A stretch of DNA of 64,000 nt from an uncultured Candidatus Saccharibacteria bacterium (GCA_964577595.1 CAZNZK010000002.1:86163-150162), one strand, 5' to 3'; counted from the stretch's first letter, positions 18,995 through 29,747 are shown. Notes: generated by a model from the letters alone, not told the origin. Made by a program: numbers and translations.

Positions 18995-20190
18995 TTGAGA
19001 CGAATAAACGTTTTTTTACCAAGACGATAGACACCAGCGACTGCTTTAACAAAAGGATCACTGGTTTTCTCTTTGGTTTCCATATTAAAGACCGCCCCCT
19101 CATCCACCAAGCGGCGCCATTGTGCTTTAGAGGGAAGAATTTTTTGTTCAACTAAAATATCAGCGAGAAGCTTTGCCGGATCCGCTTTGACAGTTGGAAT
19201 ATTTTCGGGAATACCGCCAGCTGAAAATGTTTCCTGAAACTCTTTTTCCGCCCGAATAGCCGCTTCCCCGCCGTGGTAAAGCGCGACTATTTCCCGCGCT
19301 AAACGCATTTTGATTTCTTTAGGATTAGCACCGGCAGTAAGTTTTTGCCGTAACGCGTCAATTTCAAAAACGGACAAGCGGGTGCAGAGCGTAAAATATT
19401 TAATAACAAGTTCGTCGCGCACCGCCATAACTTTGCCATACATATCGCCTGGAACATCAGTAATACCAATAACATTTCCCCAACTTGATGACATCTTTCG
19501 GCCATCAGTGCCTTCCAGCATGGAGGTCATGAGAATGTCCTGCTCCGTCTGGCCATAGTGTTTTTGCACAATACGACCAGCTTTTAAATTAAAAAGCTGG
19601 TCGGTGCCGCCAAGCTCCACGTCGGCCTTAACCATTACGGAATCGTAGCCCTGCATTAGCGGATATAAAAACTCGCGCAAGGAAACTTCCTGACCTTTTT
19701 CTAAACGCTCAGCAAAATTACGGCGCGAAATCATTTGTTGAACAGAAAACGTTTCGGCCAACTGACACGTTTCTTTGAATTTTAGTTTTGCCAACCAGCG
19801 ACTATTGTAAAAAAATTCAACCTTTCGCATATTAAGAATTTTTCCGGCACTGGCTTTGTAATTTTTTAAATTTTCTTTAACTTCCGCCTCGGAGAGCATG
19901 GGGCGTTTTTCTAATTTATCAGAAGCATCACCCACCTGAGCAGTGAAGTCGCCAATAATAAGAACAACAGTGTGCCCGAGATCTTGGAACTCGCGTAATT
20001 TCCACAGAGTAATGGCCCGGCCTATGTGAATCGTTTTAGAAGTCGGGTCAATACCTAGCTTTACCCGCAATCGCCGACCTGAAAGTAATGCCTGGCGCAA
20101 ATGGTCAGAAACAACAACATCTTCCACGCCACGAGAGAGTATGGCGTCAATTTTTGCCCCATCCGTGTTAATTTTTCGCCACATACTCAA
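18991..20190 (-). CDS. tyrS: Tyrosine--tRNA ligase
   Basis: GIDPT, HIGR (HIGH-like), YPLMQGYD, ELGGTDQ, KMSSS, C-terminal S4-like domain. Exact start is uncertain. Confidence 0.96.
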   Translation of the reverse strand: MSMWRKINTDGAKIDAILSRGVEDVVVSDHLRQALLSGRRLRVKLGIDPTSKTIHIGRAITLWKLREFQDLGHTVVLIIGDFTAQVGDASDKLEKRPMLSEAEVKENLKNYKASAGKILNMRKVEFFYNSRWLAKLKFKETCQLAETFSVQQMISRRNFAERLEKGQEVSLREFLYPLMQGYDSVMVKADVELGGTDQLFNLKAGRIVQKHYGQTEQDILMTSMLEGTDGRKMSSSWGNVIGITDVPGDMYGKVMAVRDELVIKYFTLCTRLSVFEIDALRQKLTAGANPKEIKMRLAREIVALYHGGEAAIRAEKEFQETFSAGGIPENIPTVKADPAKLLADILVEQKILPSKAQWRRLVDEGAVFNMETKEKTSDPFVKAVAGVYRLGKKTFIRLN

Positions 20191-20222
20191 ACTTTAGCAC
20201 ATTTCGTGATAGGATAGAATCG

Positions 20223-22745
20223 ATGAAGCATTTGAAAAAGAGGCACCAGCCGCATCTTTTTTGGCGGATAGTGGGAATAGTGGGGGCAATTTTTTTTGTC
20301 ATTGCGGGCGTTGTTGCTCTCTGGGTAGCATCACTCCAATTGCCCGATATCACGACGATCTCTGGCCGCGCCCTTTCCAGTTCAACTAAAATTTACGACC
20401 GCACGGGCACTATTCTCCTTTACGATCTCAACCAAAATAGCAAGCAGAACGTGGTGCCTTTTGATCAAATATCGCCCTATGTTAAAGAAGCCACCGTCGC
20501 TATAGAAGACCAGAATTTTTATACCAACCACGGTATTGAGATTGACGCTATTGCCAGAGCAATGTGGGTTGATATAACAAGTGGCCACCTCAAGCAAGGA
20601 GGCTCAACTATCACGCAACAAGTAGTTAAAAATACCCTTCTCTCCGACGACAAGAGTATTACCCGAAAAATCAAAGAGTGGGTGCTCGCTATAAAAGTTG
20701 ATGGCAGTACCAGCAAGGACGACATTTTAAACCTCTACCTCAACAGCTCGCCTTATGGCGGCAACTATTACGGCGTGGAGGAGGCTGCGGAAAATTATTT
20801 TGCAACATCGTCGGCCAGCCTTGATATCGCCCAGTCGGCCTATATCGCGGCCATGCCCCAAGCGCCTACCTACTATTCACCCTACGGCCCAAATAAGGCC
20901 GCACTTAATGCCCGTAAAAATCTTGTGTTGCAAAAAATGCAGGAGACTGGGGCGATTACCAAAGACCAGTACAACCAAGCCTTGGCTGAAAATGTGGTAT
21001 TTCAACCACAAGCATCACAAAGCATTAAGGCACCACATTTTGTGATGTTTATTCGTAGCTACCTTATTTCCAAATACGGCGAGGATGTGGTTGATAACGA
21101 CGGCTTAAAAGTTATTACCACGCTTGATTACGGCATGGAACAGCAGGCGGAACAAATCGTCAACCAGTATGCGCTCGCTAATGAGCAGAAATTCAATGCC
21201 AGCAATGCCGGTCTTGTAGCTATTGACCCGAACACCGGCCAAATTCTCTCTATGGTTGGTTCGCGCGGCTATTTTGACACAGCAATTGACGGCCAATTCA
21301 ACGTTACCACAGCTTATCGTCAGCCCGGATCAACTTTTAAGCCGTTTGCCTACGTCACCGCTTTTGAAAAAGGATACACACCAGACACTGTGCTTTTTGA
21401 CGTACCAACACAATTTTCAACGGCCTGCGATTGGCAAGGTAACGCACTTACGAGTGCCGGCACCAGTGCCTGCTACTCGCCCGTCAACTATGAAGGAACG
21501 TTTGCCGGCCCGATTTCCATGCGCAATGCCCTTGACCAGTCGGTCAATATTCCTTCCATAAAAACATTATATTTAGCCGGCTTAGATGACACCCTACAAA
21601 CAGCTCAAGACATGGGTATCACTAGTTTGGCGGGCGCTGATCAATACGGCCTCACCCTCGTGCTCGGCGGCGGCGAAGTTTCTCCACTAGAAATGACCAG
21701 TGCATATGGAGTTTTTGCCGCTAATGGCGTACGCAACCCTTACACCGGCATTTTGAGCGTCACCGACAAAACAGGCGCAGTATTGGAACAATATCAGCCC
21801 GACCCACAAACCGTTCTGCCGCTACAACCCACACTTGAGCTCAATGACGTTCTACACGACGACCAGGCCCGTTTCGCGCTCAATGGCCCCGGCTCCGCTA
21901 CCGACTTTAGCACTAGCGGTCATGAAGTAGCGGTTAAAACAGGTACTACCAACAACTATAAAGACGTTTGGACTATCGGCTACACCCCCCAAATCGTCGT
22001 CGGTACTTGGGCGGGCAACAATGACGACACACCAATGGCCCACCAAATTTCCGGCCTCATCGTCGCTCCAATGTGGCGCGCCTTCATGAACGTTGTTCTG
22101 GCCAAACTACCACCAGTAAGTTTTCAACGGCCAGCACCCATTGACCCCAACCTCAAACCAATCCTGCGAGGATTCTGGCAAGGCAACCAAACCTACACAA
22201 TAGACAAAGTGTCAGGCCAACTTGCAACAGACTTCACGCCGGCCACCGACCGAAAGGAGGTTTCTATCCCCAATATCCACGATATCCTTTATTGGGTTAA
22301 TAAAAGCAACCCAACTGGCCCGTCACCCGCAAACCCAGCTGCTGACCCGCAATACAATCTTTGGGAACCGGCCGTACAACAATGGGTTACTACCCATCAA
22401 ACACAGCTTGGCCTTGGCCCCCTTACTCCACCAACACAAACAGACACCGTCCACACACCCGACGCTATTCCAACAATATCTATAAGTTCTCCATTAGCAA
22501 ACACTTCATTTACTGTGGGTCAACCAATCCAGGTCACAGCAAACTATCAGGGTAAGTTCGCACTAGCACAAGCAAACCTCTATTTTAACGGCGTGTTTGT
22601 CGACAACTTGGCGGCAAGCCCCCTTTCTTTCCGTTTTACTCCAGTGGCAAGCTCAACGCTACCTAATCAAAACACCATCCGTATTACCGTCAGCGATATT
22701 TATAACAACACCGCAAGTACTTCTCTTCCTGTAAAGTTTCAGTAA
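20223..22745 (+). CDS. Class A penicillin-binding protein with C-terminal Ig-like domain
   Basis: EDQNF, GGSTITQQ, RKIKE transglycosylase motifs; STFK, SVN, KTG transpeptidase motifs. Confidence 0.95.
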   Translation: MKHLKKRHQPHLFWRIVGIVGAIFFVIAGVVALWVASLQLPDITTISGRALSSSTKIYDRTGTILLYDLNQNSKQNVVPFDQISPYVKEATVAIEDQNFYTNHGIEIDAIARAMWVDITSGHLKQGGSTITQQVVKNTLLSDDKSITRKIKEWVLAIKVDGSTSKDDILNLYLNSSPYGGNYYGVEEAAENYFATSSASLDIAQSAYIAAMPQAPTYYSPYGPNKAALNARKNLVLQKMQETGAITKDQYNQALAENVVFQPQASQSIKAPHFVMFIRSYLISKYGEDVVDNDGLKVITTLDYGMEQQAEQIVNQYALANEQKFNASNAGLVAIDPNTGQILSMVGSRGYFDTAIDGQFNVTTAYRQPGSTFKPFAYVTAFEKGYTPDTVLFDVPTQFSTACDWQGNALTSAGTSACYSPVNYEGTFAGPISMRNALDQSVNIPSIKTLYLAGLDDTLQTAQDMGITSLAGADQYGLTLVLGGGEVSPLEMTSAYGVFAANGVRNPYTGILSVTDKTGAVLEQYQPDPQTVLPLQPTLELNDVLHDDQARFALNGPGSATDFSTSGHEVAVKTGTTNNYKDVWTIGYTPQIVVGTWAGNNDDTPMAHQISGLIVAPMWRAFMNVVLAKLPPVSFQRPAPIDPNLKPILRGFWQGNQTYTIDKVSGQLATDFTPATDRKEVSIPNIHDILYWVNKSNPTGPSPANPAADPQYNLWEPAVQQWVTTHQTQLGLGPLTPPTQTDTVHTPDAIPTISISSPLANTSFTVGQPIQVTANYQGKFALAQANLYFNGVFVDNLAASPLSFRFTPVASSTLPNQNTIRITVSDIYNNTASTSLPVKFQ

Positions 22746-22749
22746 AAAA

Positions 22750-23004
22750 TTAAAAAAATATCTCGCGGATGGGACTCCCCCGCTCTTTCAACTCTCGAAG
22801 AATATCTGCGCGCAGCATAAAAAGCTTGTTTTTGACCGCTGAGGTGCTCTTCACCCTAACAATGGAGTCTTTCACCTCTAACTCCTCCGCAACGAGCGTG
22901 AGGCCATATTTTTCTTTACAGAGGGTAATGAGTTCTTGTGTTGCGCCGCCATTAGCCGCAAGTAATTTTTTAAACCTGGCAAAAAGATCCTCCGAGAGGC
23001 TCAT
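22750..23004 (-). CDS. Small hypothetical protein, possible DciA (DUF721)-like
   Basis: Directly downstream of dnaN; VKDSIVRVKSTSAVKNKLFMLRADILREL resembles the DciA KH-like fold pattern. Confidence 0.5.
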   Translation of the reverse strand: MSLSEDLFARFKKLLAANGGATQELITLCKEKYGLTLVAEELEVKDSIVRVKSTSAVKNKLFMLRADILRELKERGSPIREIFF

Positions 23005-23020
23005 GTGTGTAGCGCCTAGC

Positions 23021-24130
23021 CTATTTATTAATAGGCATTACTAAGTAGAGAAAAGAGCGGTCGTTGACACCACGAATAACAAGAGGACGGCTTAAACCAT
23101 TGAATTCTAAAGAGAGACTGTCTGCTTCAACAGAACCGAGGCAGTCGGCCACGTATTTATGGTTGAAATTAATCGCTAAATCCTCACCCTCACACACCAC
23201 GTCAAGAGTGTTGGAGCTTTCTCCAACATCGGGGTTTTGAGCGATAATAGTAAATTTTTTCTTTCCAGGAAACACAGAGAATGAGAGTTTGTTGAACTTA
23301 TCGGAAAAAATAGTGGCCATTTTTAGTGTTGTAACAAAATCCTGCTTAAGAAGCGTGACGGTAGTTTTTGCCTCCTTAGGAATGATTTGATGGTAGTCGG
23401 GGAAAGTGCCATCAATGAGGCGTGAAGTAAGATACAAACCGTTAGTATCATCAAGAGCAATTTGATTCTTACTAACCATAATCTTTACATCGCCTTTGAT
23501 TTGCTCCAACACACGAACAATGTCAGGCATGTTCCGAATAGGAATAAGGAGATTGGGGATATCTAAAGCTTTTTTGAGACGAATTTTCTTTTCTGCCAAG
23601 CGGAATGAGTCGGTGGCGGTAAAAATCAAACTGTCACCCTCGGTGTGGATAAAAATACTAGAAAGCTCAGGCTTAATACTAGAAGCCGCACCACTATACC
23701 AAACAGACTTCAAACCACGGACAAAATCACTGGCGGGTAAAGAAAAGGTTTTACTCTCTTCGGTAGAAAGTATGGGTATTGTGGGGAAATCTTCATGATT
23801 AAAGGTTTTAATAACAGTTGAATTGTGTTGGGTCACCACCTTAAGGTTTCCATCAACAGCCTCAAGCACCACGTTTTTAACATTAGGAAGACCAGAAAGA
23901 AAAGAATTAAGGATAGAACCAGGAATAACAATAATGCCGGGTTGTTCAACTTTTACAGGAACCTTAATTTCAATACCCAAATCAAGATTAGTAGCTTTTA
24001 TAAAAAGCTCCCCGTTTTTGGCCTCAAGAAAAATTCCACTTAAAATAGGTAGGGTGGCGTTCTTGGCGGTGATTTTTTCCGCTTTTGTTATCGCTTCCCC
24101 CAGTTTTTCTTTTACACATTCTATTCTCAT
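23021..24130 (-). CDS. dnaN: DNA polymerase III beta clamp
   Basis: LPILSG, ATNLD, ATDSFRL, SRLIDGTFPDY, YLVMPI. Confidence 0.97.
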   Translation of the reverse strand: MRIECVKEKLGEAITKAEKITAKNATLPILSGIFLEAKNGELFIKATNLDLGIEIKVPVKVEQPGIIVIPGSILNSFLSGLPNVKNVVLEAVDGNLKVVTQHNSTVIKTFNHEDFPTIPILSTEESKTFSLPASDFVRGLKSVWYSGAASSIKPELSSIFIHTEGDSLIFTATDSFRLAEKKIRLKKALDIPNLLIPIRNMPDIVRVLEQIKGDVKIMVSKNQIALDDTNGLYLTSRLIDGTFPDYHQIIPKEAKTTVTLLKQDFVTTLKMATIFSDKFNKLSFSVFPGKKKFTIIAQNPDVGESSNTLDVVCEGEDLAINFNHKYVADCLGSVEADSLSLEFNGLSRPLVIRGVNDRSFLYLVMPINK

Positions 24131-24318
24131 TTTTTTATATAAAGAAATACTACTACTATTACCGCTGTGGATATGGTGATATCTCTAAAATAACCTTATT
24201 TTAAGAGCTAATACTATAAGATTCTTTTCCCCACTTCTTCCACACTATCAACAATTTTGTTTTTTGCCAACCTTTATTGATTTTTTATCCCCCACACCTC
24301 CCCACTCTTTCCACAGGT
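24131..24318. other. Replication origin oriC (dnaA-dnaN spacer)
   Basis: On the minus strand: DnaA-box ATATCCACA (24174-24166), GCGG, TAATAGTAGTAGTA trios (24161-24148), AT-rich tract. Further degenerate boxes at 24236-24253, 24285-24293 and 24307-24315. Confidence 0.8.
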
Positions 24319-25665
24319 TTAAATCATGGAACGTATTTGTTTTATTTCTTCCGCCAAAAAATGATCGGTTTTGAGTTCGTTTTTTATTTTTTCACACGAG
24401 TGAATAACCGTGGTGTGGTCGCGACCGCCAAGTTTTTGGCCAATAGAGGGATATGATTCCTCAAATTCTTCACGAAGGATGTACATTATTACTTGGCGCG
24501 GCTTCACCACCTCCTTCCGGCGGCTTTTTTCATAAATAAGGGATTCTTTTATGTTGTAGAAGTCGGCGATGGTTTTAATAACCTCTTTGCTTGATATTTT
24601 ACGTTCCGGCTTGGCGCTGTTTTTGGTAATATTTTTTATTTCATTAATGGTCAATTCTCGGTTGTGATGCCGGGCCTGCATAATGACCGCGTTTAAAATA
24701 CCCTCTAACTCGCGGATATTACCCTCTACGCTTGACGCAAGGTATGCCACCACCTCAGGGGCTACTTCAAAATTTTGAAGCTTCGCCTTCGCTTGAAGAA
24801 TAGCCATGCGTGATTCTACGTCTGGTTGGGAAATGTCAGCCACCATTCCAGCAGAAAAGCGTGATTTTAAGCGGTTTTCTAGGTTAGGGATGAAGTTGGG
24901 GTGTTTGTCGGAAGAAAAGACAATCTGCTTATTGTCATCAAAAAAACTGTTAAAGACGTGAAAAAGCTCCTCCTGACTTTTTTCCTTGCCGGCGAAGAAC
25001 TGAACGTCATCTACTATAAGCACGTCATAGTTTCGGTATTTCTCCTTAAAACTATTTGCCTTTCCTTGCTGGACGGCATTAGTGTAGTCTATGGCGAATT
25101 TTTCTGAAGTAAGATAAAAGACTTTTTTCGTGGTGGCGGCTTTTATGAAGTTACCTACCGCCTGAATAAGGTGGGTTTTGCCGCGGCCGGTGTCGCCGTA
25201 AATAAAAAGTGGGTTATATGAAATACCAGGTTTTTTTGCTACAGCCTGGGCTGCGGTGTGGGCAATTTCATTAAATGGGCCTATAACAAAACTTTCAAAG
25301 GTATAGCGAGGATTAAGGTTGTCGTCTTTATTAATATAATAATCCGCCAAAGGTAACTCACTGGTGGGGTTGAAAAAGGTTGGTTTTCGGTCATTTTTCT
25401 CCTGTTTTTCTGGGCCATTCTTAGTGATACTGTATTCTATATTACGCACTTCAACAGTATTGCGTAAGCAACGGATCAAAAACTTGTGGAATTTATTGAG
25501 CAGCCAGTCCTTAACAAAGATGTTAGGGACATTTACATATACAATACCATCTTCTATTTTGGCGATGTGGGTGCTTTTAAACCACATCTTGAAATTGGCG
25601 GCAGAAACATTTAATTCTATTTCAACCAAAACCGAATCCCAGAGTTTTTTAAGGTCAAGAGGCAT
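24319..25665 (-). CDS. dnaA: Chromosomal replication initiator
   Basis: [52 protein letters not shown]. Confidence 0.98.
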   Translation of the reverse strand: MPLDLKKLWDSVLVEIELNVSAANFKMWFKSTHIAKIEDGIVYVNVPNIFVKDWLLNKFHKFLIRCLRNTVEVRNIEYSITKNGPEKQEKNDRKPTFFNPTSELPLADYYINKDDNLNPRYTFESFVIGPFNEIAHTAAQAVAKKPGISYNPLFIYGDTGRGKTHLIQAVGNFIKAATTKKVFYLTSEKFAIDYTNAVQQGKANSFKEKYRNYDVLIVDDVQFFAGKEKSQEELFHVFNSFFDDNKQIVFSSDKHPNFIPNLENRLKSRFSAGMVADISQPDVESRMAILQAKAKLQNFEVAPEVVAYLASSVEGNIRELEGILNAVIMQARHHNRELTINEIKNITKNSAKPERKISSKEVIKTIADFYNIKESLIYEKSRRKEVVKPRQVIMYILREEFEESYPSIGQKLGGRDHTTVIHSCEKIKNELKTDHFLAEEIKQIRSMI

Positions 25666-25757
25666 ATTGGAGATAAAATAAAAATAAATTCAAGATGAAA
25701 TTTTTCTTATTATACGCTTCGTAGCCCGTGCCGGAACTTGTGGAAGGTGTAAACTCA

Positions 25758-25777
25758 TGTTGATAATTTGTGGATAA
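25758..25777. promoter_or_regulatory. DnaA boxes upstream of dnaA
   Basis: TGTGGATAA at 25769-25777 (perfect TTATCCACA reverse complement) and TGTTGATAA at 25758-25766 (1 mismatch). Confidence 0.75.
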
Positions 25778-25795
25778 CATGATATTCTGCCTGGC

Positions 25796-25930
25796 ATGTC
25801 TGTTACATACCAGCCCAAAAAAAGAAAAAGAAGCAAAACACATGGTTTTCTTGTTAGGAGCAAAACCCGCTTTGGCCGAAACACCCTTAAGCGCCGTCGC
25901 GCTAAAGGCCGCCATCGTTTGGCCGTTTAA
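25796..25930 (+). CDS. rpmH: 50S ribosomal protein L34
   Basis: Absent from the ORF track: [44 protein letters not shown]. Canonical position divergent from dnaA. Confidence 0.96.
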   Translation: MSVTYQPKKRKRSKTHGFLVRSKTRFGRNTLKRRRAKGRHRLAV

Positions 25931-25935
25931 ATTTC

Positions 25936-26274
25936 GTGTTTTCTCACTCACAACGCATAAGTAGTGCTTTGTTTGATGAAGTGCTCAAAAAAGGGATTCC
26001 CGCGCGGTCTCCACATTTTTCCCTGGCTATTTTGAAGGATACGGCCCTATTAAAGCCTAAAATTGCTGTTATTGTCTCTAAAAAGGTCGCTGGTAAGGCC
26101 ACTTTGCGTAATCGCCTTCGTCGCCAAGCCAGGGCTTGGGTGAAGGCGTATTTTACACAATCACTCGCGTCTAAAAAGGTTATTGTGGTAGTCTTTGTTA
26201 ATACCGCTTGGCAAGGGTCGTTCCCTGCCGCGCTTGCACAAGAGTTGGTAAAGCTTTTTTCTACATCACTATGA
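25936..26274 (+). CDS. rnpA: Ribonuclease P protein component
   Basis: VIVSKKVAGKATLRNRLRR RNR motif; rpmH-rnpA-yidC synteny. Confidence 0.9.
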   Translation: MFSHSQRISSALFDEVLKKGIPARSPHFSLAILKDTALLKPKIAVIVSKKVAGKATLRNRLRRQARAWVKAYFTQSLASKKVIVVVFVNTAWQGSFPAALAQELVKLFSTSL

Positions 26275-27002
26275 GCCACGGTTTTTTCGCCACTATTTTT
26301 TATATTCCACTCTACAACGCACTTATCTTGTGCGTGAATTTTCTTTCTTGGCACAATGCTGGCCTAGCAGTGATAATACTCACGCTTATTATTCGTTTTG
26401 TTCTCTTCCCGCTCTCTCGCTCCGCCATCAAAACCCAGTTGCAAATGAAGCAGATAGAGCCGGAGCTGAAAAAAATCCGCGATACGGTTAAGGATAAGCA
26501 AGAACAGGCTCGGCTTACTATGCAGGTATATAAAGAGCGCGGCGTTAATCCTTTTTCAAGTATTCTTCTCCTGCTCATCCAGTTGCCCATTCTTATTGCC
26601 CTCTATCAGGTTTTTCGCAGTGGTTTGCCTAAGATTGATCCAACCATTCTCTACTCTTTTGTGGCGGCTCCAGGTGCGTTGAGTATGCATTTTCTCGGCA
26701 TCAACTTGCTTGGCAACAGTGTCATTTTGGCCTTATTTGCCATCGCCACGCAGTTTTTTCAGCTTCAGCTTGCTTTGCCGAAGGTGGAAAAAGCCAAAGA
26801 GCGCTCTTTTCAGAACGATTTGGCCTATAGCATGAATGCTCAAATGAAATATATCTTCCCTCTTATTTTGTTTCCTGTTGCTTATATCTCGCCGGTTATT
26901 GCACTCTACCTTACAGCGAGCAACGCTTTTATGATTCTTCAGGAGTTGTTTGTGCGCCGGCGTTTAGCGGCCGCTTTAGAGGCGAAGAGCCCACAACGAT
27001 AA
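26271..27002 (+). CDS. yidC: Membrane protein insertase YidC (short form)
   Basis: GLAVIILTLIIRFVLFPL, YKERGVNPF...LIQLPILIALY. Start taken at ATG 26271. Confidence 0.93.
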   Translation: MSHGFFATIFYIPLYNALILCVNFLSWHNAGLAVIILTLIIRFVLFPLSRSAIKTQLQMKQIEPELKKIRDTVKDKQEQARLTMQVYKERGVNPFSSILLLLIQLPILIALYQVFRSGLPKIDPTILYSFVAAPGALSMHFLGINLLGNSVILALFAIATQFFQLQLALPKVEKAKERSFQNDLAYSMNAQMKYIFPLILFPVAYISPVIALYLTASNAFMILQELFVRRRLAAALEAKSPQR

Positions 27003-28217
27003 ATCGCTCTTATTGGTGAAAATTAAATAGTCGTCCTTCGGCGAGGCCGTGAGGTTCTCCACGTCAATTGCTTGGCCGGCCTGCTTGCTTACATTGGCCA
27101 CCGTGCTTACTTGGCCGGTATTGGCATCAACGCGGACAATACTGTCAGAGAAAGAAACTAATCCTTGATACCAGGCGTCTGGGTAGTGTCCTCCCGGAAT
27201 GCCTTGCGGCATAGCGCAGTAGAGCACGCCTTTCTGTACTTGTGACCAGGCACATTTGTCGGCGATAGTGTTTATCCCGAGCGCTTCGCTACTACCTGTT
27301 TTACTATTTAAGATCGAAAGCGTTGGTGTGTTTTCAGAATACGCGACAAAATTTGTACTCGGGTCAACATTTATTACTAAGCCGGGAATGTCGCCCAAAA
27401 TGCGCTTTACGGTGCCTGTAGTAGAAAGGAAATAAAGATAGCCACGAGCTACGCTTGCCGGCTTGGTGCTGAGGGCGATAGTGCTGGCGGCCGGCCATTG
27501 CACGTTCCAATCACTAATTGCGGAGGTAAAAATAGTGCTGGCTTTAGTACCACTGCCGCTGGCGATTTTACCCGTGACACCGTCGGCGCTGGTAGTGAGA
27601 TAGAAAATCTGGGTTTGGGCTGGGTTGGCGACTACTGTTTCTATGTTGTCTGGGAGAAAACTGCCGGAGATAATAGGAAGGGTTGAAGTTGTTGTGCTGG
27701 TTTTTTTCTGGGTGATCAGGGTGGCACTATATGTTTTTATAGTTGATTCTTTACTGTCTAAGTAGCGTAAAAGTGTTGTGCTGGCGCCGAGCCACAACGA
27801 GCTGTAAATTTCCGGAATAGTTTGGTCGGAAATGGGAGTGATGGCCACTGTGCTGGAGGTGGCCAGAGCAATAGAATACATGTGACCAGTAGCGCGGTCG
27901 GTTAATTGTACAAACTCCCCCGCTTTGGAACTTGTAACGCCGGCGCCGGCAATTGGCGAAGCATAAAGGTGGGTTAGCGTTTGAATAGTGACCGTTGTTG
28001 CTGCTACGGATGTGCTTGTAGTGCCGGTTGTTTGACCAGGTGAAACCGTTTGATTGCCACCAGAAACAACAGGGAATGGTTGGTAGCCGGTAGGGTTGGT
28101 CCCCTGCCCGTTCGTGCTTCCCGGTGTGGCGCTCTGGCGGAAAAAGAGTAGGTACCCTGCTATTCCTGCCGCTATCAGGAAGAACACTACTGCGCCGATG
28201 AGAATTTTTTTTGTCAT
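26976..28217 (-). CDS. Membrane-anchored secreted beta-rich (propeller-like) protein of the T4SS-like cluster
   Basis: N-terminal TM, Thr-rich linker, repeated beta strands, KCAW...YCA, C-terminal IFTNKSDLSLWAL. Confidence 0.65.
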   Translation of the reverse strand: MTKKILIGAVVFFLIAAGIAGYLLFFRQSATPGSTNGQGTNPTGYQPFPVVSGGNQTVSPGQTTGTTSTSVAATTVTIQTLTHLYASPIAGAGVTSSKAGEFVQLTDRATGHMYSIALATSSTVAITPISDQTIPEIYSSLWLGASTTLLRYLDSKESTIKTYSATLITQKKTSTTTSTLPIISGSFLPDNIETVVANPAQTQIFYLTTSADGVTGKIASGSGTKASTIFTSAISDWNVQWPAASTIALSTKPASVARGYLYFLSTTGTVKRILGDIPGLVINVDPSTNFVAYSENTPTLSILNSKTGSSEALGINTIADKCAWSQVQKGVLYCAMPQGIPGGHYPDAWYQGLVSFSDSIVRVDANTGQVSTVANVSKQAGQAIDVENLTASPKDDYLIFTNKSDLSLWALRL

Positions 28218-28234
28218 GGTGGTTGGTAAGTAAT

Positions 28235-28708
28235 TTAGACGTTTGTTTGTACTGCTGCCTGGTTAATTTGATCAAGCACATTACCATTGTTGGTTGAGCT
28301 GTCCCCAGCTTGAGTGGGCGATAATGTTGAGTTTGTAGAGTTTACTTGGGTAAACGGATTATTCAGGAGGCTGGGATTGATGGTGGTAATAAGAATATAT
28401 GAAAAAGCCAGTAAAAGAAGGCCAACAATGGTGCGCTGAATAATTTTAGTGCCTTCTTTTTGTTTATCCACGTTCCCTGGGCTTGTGAGGCGCACGATGC
28501 CACCCCACACAATAAAGAAAACCGCTAACACGATGCCGAGGGAAATAAGCACTTCGGCCATAGTGGTGATGTAGGCAATCGGATTACTGGTATCAATATT
28601 GGTTAGTGTTGTGTTGGACTGACCGGGCAGTGGTGTTAAAAGCTGATAGCAATTAAAGTCGCTTGTGCCGCTTGTTGGATTGCAGTTTTGGTTGGTAGTA
28701 GCGGCCAT
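28235..28708 (-). CDS. VirB2/TrbC-like pilin
   Basis: YQLLTPLPG followed by two TM segments (IVLAVFFIVWGG...IVGLLLLAFSYILITTINP), typical of T4SS pilin-like proteins. Confidence 0.7.
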   Translation of the reverse strand: MAATTNQNCNPTSGTSDFNCYQLLTPLPGQSNTTLTNIDTSNPIAYITTMAEVLISLGIVLAVFFIVWGGIVRLTSPGNVDKQKEGTKIIQRTIVGLLLLAFSYILITTINPSLLNNPFTQVNSTNSTLSPTQAGDSSTNNGNVLDQINQAAVQTNV

Positions 28709-28711
28709 ATG

Positions 28712-29710
28712 TTATTGACTAACCGCAGTAAAGCCTACACTTACGCCAACATTGCCCGTTTGAAACGGTTTGGCGCTATTAGTGGCCGTTACCGCAACAC
28801 TGGAAGTACCGCTTTGGTTCGCGGGGGGAGCCACCACTAAAACTTGGCCAGTTTGGCTGGTGACGGACGTGCTGTTTATACTCCACTGGAACGTTGCGGT
28901 ATTGGTGTAGGGTGAGGTGCTATCAAAAAAGTAGGGTGTGGCATTAAAGCCCGTTTGGCCCGCCAGGGAGAGTGCAGAGCCAAGGGCTTTATTGAGCAGG
29001 GTGCCGTAAAGAGGGCTCTCTTGGTAGAGAATAACGTTTGGATTGGTGCCGGTGAGCGTAATGCTGTTTTGGGCCGTTAAAGAGCCATCAGCCGATCGGG
29101 CTGTGACTGAGAGGTTAATTGGCTTTAAAAGGATACTGCCAGTAAGTGTGATGGTATTTTTTCCACTGCCGGAGACGTCGGGCATGGCGCCGCCATCAAG
29201 TTGCCAGGTGTAGACCGCATTTTTGGGATTGGTGAGGGCAAAAGTGGGCATGGCCGTAACCGTAATGGTTCCTTGAAATGGAAAAAGTGCTTTGCCTAAA
29301 TAAAAAGGTGGCACATACGAGTGTGCTTGCCACAAAAGATCTACGCCAGCAGGGACAATGGTTGCACTCTGGGTAATGACCGCTCCTTTTGTTGTGGTTA
29401 CTGTAGCGGTCACCGTTGAATGAGAACCTGTTGTACCAGTGGTCATTTGAAACGAGGCCTGCCCCACCCCACTTGCTTGACGAGTGCCGTTAACCGTCCA
29501 AACGATAGTGGCCACATTCAAGTCGTCTTGATAATCCTGCAAAGTAAAACTCACATTCGTGCCCGGCGCTGGGTATTGTGGTGACACAGTCATGCTTAAG
29601 CCGCCCTGGCCAAGTGAGGAAAGCGCGCTAAAATCAACGCTTTGAGCGAGAGCATGCGCGGGAGATAAAAAAGTAAGCGCCGCTACAACCATAAGAGCTG
29701 TCCTTTTCAT
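28712..29710 (-). CDS. Secreted Ig-like repeat protein
   Basis: Signal peptide (AHA-LAQ), three repeats of W.(V/L/I)(N/D)(G/S) Ig-type strands, DLLWQAHSYVPPFYLGKAL. Confidence 0.65.
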   Translation of the reverse strand: MKRTALMVVAALTFLSPAHALAQSVDFSALSSLGQGGLSMTVSPQYPAPGTNVSFTLQDYQDDLNVATIVWTVNGTRQASGVGQASFQMTTGTTGSHSTVTATVTTTKGAVITQSATIVPAGVDLLWQAHSYVPPFYLGKALFPFQGTITVTAMPTFALTNPKNAVYTWQLDGGAMPDVSGSGKNTITLTGSILLKPINLSVTARSADGSLTAQNSITLTGTNPNVILYQESPLYGTLLNKALGSALSLAGQTGFNATPYFFDSTSPYTNTATFQWSINSTSVTSQTGQVLVVAPPANQSGTSSVAVTATNSAKPFQTGNVGVSVGFTAVSQ

Positions 29711-29747
29711 AGCTCTATTTTAGCATATTGACACCCCCCACAACTGT

